Source: Eledone cirrhosa (Eukaryota). From it: a DNA stretch of 64,000 nucleotides. Numbering within the stretch: position 1 is the first letter of the stretch; each line of letters starts with the position of its first letter. A model generated the notes under the pieces. The model was not told the origin of the DNA. It was given only the letters and a program-made list of their open reading frames with translations, and made no database searches. Positions 52,195 through 64,000 of this stretch are shown here, in pieces. Both the position numbers and the translations under genes were made by a program. The stretch spans positions 100,502,001 to 100,566,000 of the forward strand of contig OZ024743.1 of the NCBI GenBank assembly GCA_964016885.1, read 5' to 3'.

Positions 52195-55100
52195 ATGAAT
52201 CTGCGAGCTACCAAGCACCCACGTGAAGCGCCAACCCAGAGACCCTCCCCTACGAGTGTCGACAAATGCCCAAAACTCCGAGTTGGTACCATCAATGTAG
52301 GCTCAATGAAAGGAAGAGCAGGAGAAATCGTAGAAATGCTAGAGCGAAAGGAAGTTGATGTATGCTGTGTGCAAGAGACTAGATGGAGAGGAGGGTCTGC
52401 TAGAGTCCTTGTAGGAAAAAGCCAGTGCTACAAATTTTTCTGGGTGGGAAATGACGATGGGATGGGTGGTGTAGGTATACTATTAGCTGACAAGTGGGTA
52501 GATAAAGTAATCTCAGTGTACAGGGTAAATGCAAGAATCATTAAACTCAGACTAGTCCTGAATAAGACAATTACCACAATAATATCAGCTTACGCACCCC
52601 AATCGGGGCTGCCAGACGAACTTAAGGATAGGTTTTACGAGTCCCTAATACACACTACTGCTCTAACAGACGACAAGGACTTCCTAATCATTGCAGGAGA
52701 TTTTAACGGACACGTAGGTAAACACTGCGACGGCTTCAATAGAGTACATGGAGGCCATGGAGTTGGCACAAGGAATGAGGAAGGATTCAGACTTCTAGAA
52801 TTCTGCGACGCCAATGACATGTCGATATGTAACACAAACTTTAAAAAACCCGACAACCACCTGATCACCTATAGATCAGGGGAGCACTCTAGTCAGTTAG
52901 ATTTTATCCTCATCAGAGGACGTGACAGATGGACGGTCGTAAACACAAAAGCCTTCCCTAGTGAGGAATGTACATCCCAACATAGCTTAGTTGTCAGCGA
53001 CCTCACGGTCAGAACTAGACGAGCCCTGAAACAGAGGCCAACCTGGAGAAGAAAGATCTGGAAGCTGAAAGTCCCCTCAACCAGTAACAGATTTAAAGAT
53101 ATTTTACTCAACGCCTACGACAGTAAAGAAGAACAGATAGAGACATTTAACGTAGAAGAGAACTGGGAGTTCCTAAAAAATAACTTACTAGAGGCGACGG
53201 ATGAGGTTTGTGGCTGGAGTAAGACCTCAAGCAGGAGGAGAGTGACTTGGTGGTGGAACAATAAGGTAGATGAAGCAGTCAAGGCCAAGAGACAGGCATG
53301 GAAAGAATGGAAGAACGGGGGGAGCAGGGTACATTACATAGAGACCAAGAGGGAAGCTAGGCGACAAGTATACTTAGCTAGGAGGGAAGCAGAGGATAGA
53401 AAATTCAAGCATGTTTTACAACGTGAGGACCAGAAACAGGAGGTATTCAAGATTGCGAGGCAGTGTGTCAGAGATAGTTGTGATGTCATTGGAGAGAAGT
53501 GTATTCGGAATGATAAAGGTGAGCTTGCCCTCACAAGTGCTGAGAAGAAAGATGCATGGAAGAGTCATTATGATAGATTACTAAATGAGGAGAATGCATG
53601 GGAAGAAGAGACCCTACCCCACGTAGACCCTATAGAGGGACCAGCAGTACAAGTCAGCGGCAGCGTAGTAAGTAAGGCAATCAGAGATATGAAGATAGGG
53701 AAGGCAACCGGTCCATCGGGTATAGCTGCCGAGATGCTGAAGGCATCTGGGTCTGTAGGTCACACTATAACCACACGTATCGTTAACCAGGTAATACTAG
53801 AGGGGGCCATACCAAAAGATTGGTGCAGTAGCATCATTGTCAACTGCTACAAAGGTAAAGGCGATGCACTAGATAGAGGAAACTATAGAGGTATAAAGTT
53901 GATGGACCAGGTCATGAAAGTAACAGAAAGAGTTATAGCACAGCTGATTAGGGACCGGGTGAATATAGACGAGATGCAATTTGGGTTTGTACCAGGGAAA
54001 GGCACCACTGATGCCCTCTTCCTTGTGAGGCAATTACAGGAAAAGTACCTAGCTAAAAGTAAGCCACTCTACTTGGCATTTGTCGACCTTGAGAAAGCCT
54101 TTGACAGAGTTCCACGTGCAGTAATCTGGTGGGCTCTTAGAAAACTAGGAGTAGATGAATGGCTTGTGAAAGCGGTACAAGCCATGTATAGGGGAGCAGT
54201 CAGCAAAGTTAGGATTGGCAATGAGTATAGCGAGGAATTTAGCGTACAGGTTGGGGTCCACCAGGGCTCTGTTCTTAGCCCTCTCCTGTTCATCATAGTC
54301 CTGCAGGCAATAACGGAGGAGTTTAAGACCGGATGCCCATGGGAACTCCTGTATGCTGATGACCTCGCACTCATAGCTGAATCTATGGTAGAACTAGAGA
54401 ATAAATTCCAAACCTGGAAGCAGGGACTAGAGAGAAAGGGCCTCAAAGTCAACATGACAAAGACTAAGGTCCTTATAAGTAGATGAGAAAACAGAACCCA
54501 GATCCCCTCAGGGAAATGGCCTTGCTCAGTATGTAGGAAAGGTGTAGGTAGGAACTCCATTCTCTGCCCCAAATGCAAACAATGGGTACACAAGAGATGT
54601 AGCGGGATCTCAGGAAGCTTAATTAAGAATGTAGGATTCACATGCAGCAGCTGTGCTGAAACAGCAAGCAAACAGCCACAGGAAAGAAGTACCACCAATC
54701 TCTGGGAGGGCCCTGTAGAAACAGTAGACAGCTTCTGCTACCTAGGTGACCGAATTAGCAACGGAGGTGGGTGCTCAGAAAGTACAATAACTAGGGTAAG
54801 AACGGGATGGAAGAAGTTTAGGGAACTACCACTGCTAGCTGCAAAAGGCTTCTCCCTCAGAATGAAAGGCAGACTGTATGATGCGTGTATCCGAACAGCG
54901 ATGTTGCATGGTAGTGAGACCTGGGCGCTGAAGGTGGAAGACTTACGTAGATTAGAGAGAAACGAAGCCTGCATGCTCCGATGGATGTGTAACAGTAATA
55001 TACGTGAACGACAAAGCATAAAGGAATTGAGAGAGAGACTGAGCATAAGAGGAATCAAATGCTGCGTGCAGGAGAGGCGGTTACGCTGGTATGGACATGT

Positions 55101-55311
55101 GATGCGTATGAAGGATGACAGCTGCATAAAAAGGTGCAGAGCACTAGAAGTTGATGGAAACCGCGGAGTGGGGAGACCCAAGATGACTTGGGATGAGGTG
55201 ATAAAAGCCGACCTTACCCAACTACACCTCTCAAAGTCAATGACACACGACCGTGACTTCTGGCGTCACGCAGTAATACAGGGTACCCGACCTCCCATGG
55301 GTACATGCTGA
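52195..55311 (+). pseudogene. RTE ORF (about 1038 codons) interrupted only by an in-frame TGA at 54484-54486
   Basis: ORFs 52195-54486 and 54862-55311 share a frame; the intervening 54487-54861 reads open when translated by hand. Confidence 0.9.
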
Positions 55312-55614
55312 AGCATATAAACAATATGCCCCCCTCCCCCCCACCGCAAGGTGGTCGTGGAGGTGCCACGGCAAAAAAGCACCCAGCCCACACTGTAAAG
55401 TGGACGTGTAGGCGCCACGAAAAAGCACCCAGCACTCACTGTAAATGAGGTTGGTGTTAGGAAGGGCATCCAGCTGTAGAAATCAAGCCAGATCAGTTCC
55501 TGTATGAGCAAGGCATGGTCAGCCGACCAGACACTGCCCACAACAGGACAACCCGTCTAACCCATGCTAGCGTGGAAGAACGGACGTAAAACGGTGATGA
55601 TGATGATGATGATG
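52195..55614 (+). mobile_element. Near-full-length young RTE LINE (family B): APE endonuclease, RT, PHD-type finger, 3'UTR and (GAT)n tail
   Basis: GTINV, QETRW, SAYAPQ, GDFNGH, SQH (APE); YADD at 54352-54363; a single frame from 52195 to 55311. Confidence 0.96.
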
Positions 55615-56503
55615 TCTGAACACTGTGCCAAGGACTAGCTTGCATGCTTCCATCCTTGAAGTTCAACTTTGCACAAGACATCCATCTGATTTCAATGACA
55701 AACAACTATATGAGCTGATAGAAGCTGACCCAAGTCAGACATCACAACTCTGTGCTTGGGGCATCAAAAACAACAATCCTCAATCACATGCAATAGGGAA
55801 TGTGTCCAAGCTGGACCAATGAGTGCCCCACAATCTGACCAATGAGTGCCCCATAATCATGAATATTGGGTGGCAGGTGTAACTGACTGGTTACATTCTA
55901 TTGTCACTGGTGATGAAAAATGGTGTCGCTACATACAGTCAAGCGCAAGCGATCATGGGTTGATAAAGAGAGTGCACCTCAATGGCTGGCCAGCACCCTC
56001 GCAAAACCCTAGTGAGCATCTAGTGGGACTGAAAAAGTGTCATCCACTACAAGCTGCTCCTACCAACATAACCTGACATCTATTACCAATAATTTGACAG
56101 ATTAACAGCAAATAATCACACAGGTAGAACCACACCATGGTCCAGTTTGATTTCTTTATGATAACACTTGGTGTTATGCATCAAGTATGTTCTATGAGAA
56201 GCTTCTGGAGCTAGGTATTGCCCCTCCTGCCATATTCGCTCGATGTCGCGCTTACAATCACCTTTTTCTCTCAATGAAAAATGCAACACACTCAAAGACC
56301 TTTACCAATGAAGACCAGTTATATCAATGGCTGACGGAATTCTTTGCAATGAAGCCAGAAGAATTCTCCAGGATGGAACCATGTGCAGATGGTAATCGCA
56401 AATGATGGCATTTATTTTGACTTGTAAAATGTTCTTAATGTTAAAAAATACCAAAGTCAATAAAAAATTTGAAAAACAGCAAGAATTTACTGTCCAACTT
56501 TAT
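55615..56503 (+). mobile_element. Decayed mariner transposon (5' part missing)
   Basis: Relics RHPSDFND.QLYELIEADP.QT, KLDQ*VPH, IVTGDEKW and YNHLFLSM; right-TIR-like aaaaacagcaagaatttactgtccaacttta. Confidence 0.8.
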
Positions 56504-56994
56504 CTATATACACACACACATTATATATATATATATATATATATAAACTACAAGATTAGCAATTAAGTGTAAATTTCTGACCTGTACTGTAAATGTTAGT
56601 GGGAAATCCTAGCCAAGTTAATAAAAGACTCATCTAAAAGGTTTTCAGGTCATAACCTGAATTAGTTTTTAATGTTATCCACCAGAATAATAAATTCATA
56701 GATGAGTTTGAAACACAAGATTAATACTTTCCCACCCCCTGCAGCTAAGTCAAATAAGAATTCAATGAACTGAATCAAAGTATGGTTTTGTGACATTTGT
56801 GAAAAACTAAATACTAAAATTCTATTTCAATGTAATATTGTGATAATCACCTGAAGCAGAAAACTGGAAAAAATATTAGAACTACTATTGTTAACACTGC
56901 CATTACTATATTTCTAATGAAAGACACTATCTATAATTTTCAAATAATGTTGAAAATCAACTCATTTTTAATTTGGTATTCATGTCTACCACTA

Positions 56995-57385
56995 CCTATG
57001 GTCGTAAATCTTGGGTAATGACTGAAAGAATATCAGGAATATAAGCGGGCGAAATGGGATTCCTCGGAAGGGTCTTTAGAGTAACATTACTCAGTGTATG
57101 TAGCTCGGAGATCAGGGAGTCGCTACTTCTCAAAATTGAGAGATCACAGCTCTGATACTATAGGCATATGGTCGAAATGAAAAGAATCGCTGGATAGATT
57201 TTATGGGCAAAACTAACTAGGAGGACATCCAGGAGTAAACTCCAAGCATTATGGTTGGATAACATTCATGATCTCGGCTGGTCTCAATTAGGGATCCAGA
57301 TGGCTAAATTAGAGACAGGACCCGCTATAAGGGTGCTTCAGGACTGCCTCTATGACACTCCCAGGAATAAGTGGGTGAAAAACAA
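56995..57385 (+). mobile_element. Old RTE (Expander-like) 3' fragment inserted in a TTAA-type MITE
   Basis: YG.KSWVMTER...AGEMGFL...IERSQL..; flanks at about 56890 and 57390-57780 are parts of the larger TTAA element. Confidence 0.65.
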
Positions 57386-59786
57386 CAATTCAGGATTTAA
57401 TAATATAACTTACTCAGTATTAATTTAGAACAGTTTCTTTACAAACTTATAACAGAAGGTTTTTAAATAAATAAAATCACTTTAAAATAAGCAGTTTTGT
57501 GAAGACACATGGCCTAGAGGTGAGGCTGTTGGATTCATAACCATAAGGCCATGGGTTTGACTCTCAGACCAGGTAGTGCATTATGTTCTTCAGAAAAATA
57601 CTTTAGCTTATATTGCTCTTTCTGCTAGGAGTTGCAACTGGTAGATAGTATGAATAATGAAAAGACCAATAAAAACATTGTTTCCTTGGTTTAATCTAAT
57701 AATCAGCTCCTTTACCTTCTTTTTTTTTTAATCATAGAATCAGGGGCAATTTTAGGCAGTTTGTTATCAAAAGGGTTAAAGTAGTGTATTGTCATAATTA
57801 GTAATGAGATAGACAACATTTCGTTGTCCTCATTTCAGATACTTTCAGAATTGATTTTGCCTTTCATCTTTCTAGCATCAGTAAAGTGCCACTCAAGTTC
57901 TGGGGTAGTTTCGATTAATCCTTTGATACCAAACTGCCAGTAAATGTGGTTGGTGTTAGGAAAGACATCCAGCTGTAGAAACCAAGCCAAAATCAGCCCT
58001 GCATGAGTGAAACACGGTCCTCTGACCAGATCTCTCACAAAGGGACAGCCTGTCCTACCCATGCTAACGTGGAAAATGGATGTTAAACAATGATATATAT
58101 ATATATATATACACACAGTTCTGTTACTGGTTACTATGTATATTAAAAAACTATATATATATTAATTAATAATATAAATTTTTTTTAAAGTTAAATGTCA
58201 GTGACATTGTGAAACCTATAAAATTCTACACACACATACACATGTATATATACACACACAAAGTTTTACAGATATGATTAACTCATATAACACGTAGAAC
58301 TGTATTGTCAAGGCATTCTCAAAAAGTATGGAACACTTAAAAGGTATTTCATTTTTATATTTCTAATGAAAGACATTGCCTATGATTTCCAAATAATTTT
58401 TTTAAATAATCAAGAATTTGAGGGATTATAACTTTCTCATGATTAAGTTGGTGTTTGGAGAACAATTTAACAAAGCTTCTTACATATAATTACAAGCTTT
58501 TAGATAAGTATAAACACTAAAAACAAACAGAACAGGTTTCAGGGAGTTTGGTATCAAAGGGGTTAAATTCTTTACATTAGTTGGCTGAAAATATCCACAA
58601 TGATCGGTTGACTAGTAAAGATACTACAAACATTTGATTTAAACTAATTTTTAGATAATTTCAGTTAAATCATTGTAAGGGTTAAGATTTAAGATAAAGA
58701 CAATTGTAAAACAACACTAAATATATATATAATAATTATTACTAGTGATTTTCAAACCTAACATCAAATAAGTTAATATGACTCAACTTATAGCTGTAAG
58801 GAAATATCCACAGGTCAAAGATAACCTGTAAACTTTGAATCTGTATACATTCATACAGTGTATGTTTAATGGAGAGAATGTGTGAAAGTGTAAATGAGAG
58901 AAAGAGAATGTGTGAGTGTGTTTAAAGGTTTGTGAAAGTGTCTGCCTGTGTGAATCTCTGTGCGTGTGTGCATGCAAATGTGTGTGTGAGGGTGAAAATG
59001 TCTGTGTGTGTGAGGGAGAGAGTGCAAATATCTGTGTGCATGTGTCAGTGCATATGAATGTGTGAGAGAGAGTGACATGACCATGAAATAAGAACTGTTG
59101 GTGTTGTACATGTATGTAGAAAGTTTAAATAGCAATCAGAGAGCAAAAGAGTGAACAGTGAGTCCACATTTCTTAGCAGTGCAATGTTGTTGACCCACAT
59201 GCTAACAAACCTATCTATTCACCTATATATATCCCTTTTCCCTTTCTACCCAACAATCAGCAACTTTTTCTGAATGTCAGTACAACCGAAAATGAAAAAA
59301 TAAATTTGAGAAAAATAAAAACTGGGAACAGTCTCCAACAGAATTAACTGATAAAATAACATTCATTAATTCAGTTAACAATAGATTAGTTTACTATGTT
59401 CTTTCGTTCAATCTAATGTGTGTGTATATATACATGTGTGTGTGTGTGTGTATAAAGAAGAGCAAAACCACTAGCACTAATGCAACATAATCGTTGAACC
59501 ACAATCACCATCATCGCCGCCACAACCATCACCACCCTCACCCGATACCAACACCAGTAAAGGAAATGACCATTAACAAGTAACAGCTATGTTTGATATC
59601 AATCAGGTCTCCAAAAAAAACTTAAATAAGAAGCCAAAAATAAGTTCCAAATTAAAAGTCAGTGTGTGAGTAGGCAAGAGAGAGTTTGGGAGGAAAAAAA
59701 CAACAAATGAGTGAGTGCCATAGAATGTGTGTGAATGCCAGAGAGAGGATGTGTGAGTTTGAGAGAGTGGCAGCATGGGCGAATTT

Positions 59787-59809
59787 GAGAGAGAGAGAGA
59801 GAGAGAGAT

Positions 59810-59875
<66 letters not shown>

Positions 59876-59922
59876 GTAAATGTGCGCGAGTAAATGTGAA
59901 TGTGAGAGAGAGAGAGAGAGAG
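59787..59922. repeat. (GA)n(GT)n(GA)n compound microsatellite
   Basis: Direct reading. Confidence 0.95.
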
Positions 59923-61694
59923 ACCAAGTGTGCGAGCAAGCATGATAGAGTACCTTCAATGTGACAAGTAGAAGTGACATAGAATACATAAATGGGTGCA
60001 GGTATGATGCATGTAGTGTCATAATACCTATTTTACAGCATGTGCAAGTGTCTGAGTCTGTGTAATGATCTGGTGGATCAAAGACATTCAAAAACATGGA
60101 GAGTTCTGTGCAATATAATAGCCAATAAAGTAGCAGAAGGAAACACAGATATACACACAGGAGTATGCATATGTAAAAAGGAAAGGAGCAAATCATAAAA
60201 TCAGACCAAGGAAACAATGTTTCCATTGATCCCTTGCTGATACTATCTGCCAGTCACAACTCCAGACAGAGATGCAGAATTTAAACTCAGAACGCACAGA
60301 GACGGATGAAACACTGAAAAGGATTCTGTCTGATGTTTTTACAATTCTGCCAATCTCCTACCCTTAGACTGGTACTTTATCAACCTTGAAAGGATAAAAC
60401 CCAAAGTTGACCTCAGCGGGATTTGAACTTAAAGGGCAGCATGCCAGAACAAATACCATGAGATTTAATCTGACGACCTAATGACTATCAATATGCTGCC
60501 TGTATAGTATTGTAGCAATATATATGAACTGTAAGACTTCAGTTGGAGCATAGGTTTGGATTTTGCTATAAACATTGCTTATCTTTTACATTTTTGAAGC
60601 AAAGAACTAGATGTTAACAGTATCTATCACTAACTGAAAAAAAAAAAAAAAATGGATCTTCAAGCACATTGCTTCACAGGTTATTTAGTGAGAAATTTTA
60701 TTGGAATGTTAGATAAATTCCTAATTTTTACTATGGCATGTGTGTGTATACATGATAAAATGCACCCAGTACACTCAGCAAAGTGGTTAGTATTAAAAAG
60801 TGCATCCGGCTATAGAAACCGTGTCAAAAATGGGACATACAAAAGCAAGACAAGGTTTTTCAACCTGTCCAACTGATGTCAGTATGGAAACCAGAGATAA
60901 GATGATGATCATGATTATGATACACAAAATATTCACTACCATATTATTGAGACCATTCCACTTTCCATGTTTCCTGATCAAAGATATTCCAGTTACAAAT
61001 ATCCTACCATTTTAAAGGCATATTTTACTATAATTTATATGACGTGCTTTATTTTAGATGACAAAGTGTAATTTGAAGGAAATCTTATTTCAAGCAGATT
61101 GACTGCAGTAGAATGGCTGCAAAGAGGAACTTTGTTGGTTCTTCTTTAAGCAACTCAGCAACATCTTACTTTGTACGGTACCAATCTGGTGCATGAGACT
61201 TATTTCTAGTCAGCACTGCCAGTAACAGTGAGATGTACCTCCTGATGGTACTTATTTTTGGTTAACTAAACTTCACTGTTATCAGTATATGAAAGGTCAA
61301 CTATATGGATGGAAGCCACATTATCAATTAGGCTGGTTCTGGCTCACCTTTTGGGACTAAACGTCTAAAGTAAACTGCCTATATATTTCAATTTATTTTC
61401 AATGTAATCAAAATTTTGGAGTTTTGTAATGTTAATTATTTCATTACAATATCTACTGAAAGACACTGTTGATGATTTTAGACCAAGAATTTGGAGGGAT
61501 TTAGTAATAAAATTAACAAAAGGGTTATTAGTATACTATGTGGTGTTAACTAACTGAAGTGACATATTAATTTGAATATGATCGCTTTCATATGGAAGTT
61601 AACTTTTTTAATGAAAGACTGCCTACAATTTGCAAATTATTTTGAAATTATTCAAAAATTGAAGGATTTAGTAAAATAACTTTCCCATTATAAA

Positions 61695-61898
61695 CCCTTT
61701 AGCATTTACATTACTCTATATTTACTATTATATTTTCACAATACTCTACCTCACATAATATTGAATCTATGAAATTTTTATATTATTTATTTTAAGAACA
61801 ATACCTTAACATCAGTATGAACGGCCAGTTACAACTGGTTTGAACAGAAAGAGGTGAGAGAATTCTGGCCGGATTTGGCCGGTTTAAATGCTAAAGGG
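61695..61898. mobile_element. TTAA MITE nested at the internal TTAA of the larger MITE family (about 61600-62028)
   Basis: ccctttagcattta...taaatgctaaaggg|ttaa; the host sequence resumes gctggtgtttgg as in uninterrupted copies (19108-19330, 43488-43740). Confidence 0.85.
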
Positions 61899-62449
61899 TT
61901 AAGCTGGTGTTTGGAGCATAAAGGTTCTTAAAATATGATGCAATTTTTTTAGATAATAACATTTTAAAACATAGCTTTATATGGTAAAACAAAGGGTAGT
62001 TTCAGAGGGTTTGGGATAAAAAGGGTTAAGATATTAACAAAGCATAAAAGAAACAAGGATGAGTAACTGAAAGAAGAAATTGAGAAAAACTGCAGATTGC
62101 ACCATATTGATCAAATACTCAAGACCAAGTTCAATATCAGATTTCAAAACTGGCTTTTAGATAAGGACTGCGTCAAGATGAACAATTGATTTCTTTCAGA
62201 GGGATGCAGACAAAAGATATGTAGAAAAAGAAATAGCGAAGTTGTGAGATCTATGCATATGCCAACATCATGGATAATACAGTTGCTTCAGTAGAACTCT
62301 ATTCACATGTAGAGTGCACTGCGCAGGTTTTTGTGTCGAGTGTCCAGGTTTTTGCAGTACTCGCATGATTTTTCAAAGACCTACTGCAGTGTGACTATTT
62401 GGTCGGCTGTGCTGCTAGTGGGGAGAAAAACCACAATCTCTTTGCCAGA

Positions 62450-63040
62450 CACTTAGCATAGACTTTACCAGGGAAGCTCAACAAGGAGATGTGTCTATGA
62501 TTGGAACAATCTCTCTTGTCTCCTTTTTTGAAAATTGGGATTATTACTCCCAATTGCCATTGCTCATACATGAGTCAGCCAGAGAATACCTTCTCTATTA
62601 AAGGCTTTTAACATCTAGGACCGGATTTCATCCTCCCTAGCGGCCTTGCCACATTTGAGCTCTTTCAACCAAAGCTTCAAGAGGTAAATCCTCCCTCCTA
62701 ATGGTATTCAGTCCATAACACATTCCGACAACCCGGGGGCTTTTGGGTATCCTCACTCCCACCTGTACAGTTATTTCTGATGCCATACCTGAATAGTGTA
62801 GTTTCAATCCTCCATCCAAATCTACAGTATCAGAGCCATGGAATTTTGTTGAGGAAACCCGACTATATCTAGCCTCCTCCACTAGTTCCTGCTCCTTACA
62901 TGTAAGGGTTGTGATATTCCAGGTTCCAATTGTCATGGTTTGCTCTTTTCTGGGATCTTGGGATATGTAATCTTTGTGCATCCATCCCACGCCTCCCAGG
63001 ACAGGTCGCAAGCCCATCGCCAGTTTTTGTGGCATGGAAT
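62450..63040 (-). mobile_element. Internally deleted RTE LINE: APE N-terminus joined to RT relic
   Basis: MTIGTWNITTLTCKEQELVEEARY (ORF 62637-63035), then decayed GVIIPIFKKGD...SLLSFPGKVYAKCLA. Confidence 0.75.
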
Positions 63041-63502
63041 GGAGATTGCAATATTAAAACTTCATAAACATATTTTATACTCATGACAATATGAAAACCA
63101 CACCATCTAAACATGTGTTGATTAGTTACCTCGGCATATAAATGGAGTTTGGATTTTTGCCCATTTCTCAGACATAAAAGGGGGGGGGGCAACTTGTATG
63201 CGAGTATCATAATCTATAAAGCTCAGTGTGTGGTCAAGCTCCTTCGTTATAGAAATCTACGATATAGAATTTCTTCAATTGAAATTTACAATTCAGTATT
63301 CGAAATAGTTTCGATTGCATCTTGACGCAGATAATTTTTTCAATTTCACCCACAATTACGCAAAAAATAGATAAAACTCAATATTTTACGATTTTCCTCT
63401 GTCATTTAAACTGCTGAACTCTTTCTACTACCATTCAAAATCTATACAACTTCATACTTTCTGCTACTTTCTCTTTCCAAGCTTGATAGTGATACTGTCC
63501 GT

Positions 63503-63816
63503 TCACACCACTCCCTACCGTCTTAAATTTAGAAAACACATATCCTCTATGAGGTTACTAAACCTGCTAGAAACAGCAGCTAACTCTCCCCCATATCACA
63601 CCCCTCCCTACTGTCTTAAATTTAGAAAACATCTTCTATGAGGTCACTAAACCTGCCTGAAACAGCAGCTAACTCTCCCCCATATCACACCACTCCCTAC
63701 TGTCTTAAATTTAGGAAACACATATCCTCTATGAGGTCACTAAACCTGCTAGAAACAACAGCTAACTCTCCCTCATATCACAACCCTCCCTACTGTCTTA
63801 AATTTAGAAAACACAC
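63503..63816. repeat. About 93-bp tandem repeat, about 3.4 copies
   Basis: Units start at about 63503, 63596, 63685 and 63778 (tcacacc..ccctactgtcttaaatttagaaaac...acctgctagaaacagcagctaactctcc). Confidence 0.93.
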
Positions 63817-64000
63817 AGACAACCATGCAGAACAACTCCATCACAGCTCTGTTGTTCGGCTGGCATCGTCTACGCGCGTGTTGCGCAAGTACTGTGAAAC
63901 AATAAATTTCAACACTGTTTTGCACAGAGATAATATCTATAGGCGAAACTACAATTGTCACTGCTGGTGCAGCTCCTGCTTCGGCAGTCCAGGTCTGCAA

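Noticed and set aside
54069-55181. Long antisense ORFs over RTE copies (54069-54698, 54738-55181, 36517-37014, 34157-34708)
   Set aside because: Shadow frames of the LINE coding strand, with no independent coding signal.
59603-59943. ORFs with HTHT/SLSL runs
   Set aside because: (CA)n/(CT)n microsatellite read-through.

Overview
AT-rich, repeat-dense eukaryotic genomic DNA. The repeat landscape (RTE LINEs with (GAT)n tails, tRNA-derived SINEs, TTAA MITEs, long (TA)n runs) suggests an octopus or related mollusc, which is an inference. The only host gene I can support is Arp3 (ACTR3) on the minus strand, with four internal coding exons at 19453-19633, 15718-15828, 12948-13043 and 2241-2348, all with GT-AG boundaries and consistent phase. 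Its 3' exons lie left of the window. I could not find coding exon 1, so 19.6-64 kb is probably one large first intron. The rest is transposon-derived. It includes a nearly intact RTE LINE (52195-55614) with one internal stop and a PHD-type finger inside the RT, many truncated RTE copies chained through (TA)n, and CR1, R4-like and Penelope-like fragments. It also has a solo LTR, a non-autonomous Helitron, maT and mariner relics, and MITEs. Unannotated signals of most interest are a hammerhead-ribozyme core on the Arp3 sense strand (46655-46720), a nested double-hairpin foldback (3371-3735), a perfect 45-bp inverted repeat (37776-38336), a SINE whose tail is a chimera of two RTE families, and in-frame minisatellites born inside a dead LINE. 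All calls come from reading the sequence by eye; no searches were run, and TE boundaries are approximate unless TSDs or termini are stated.
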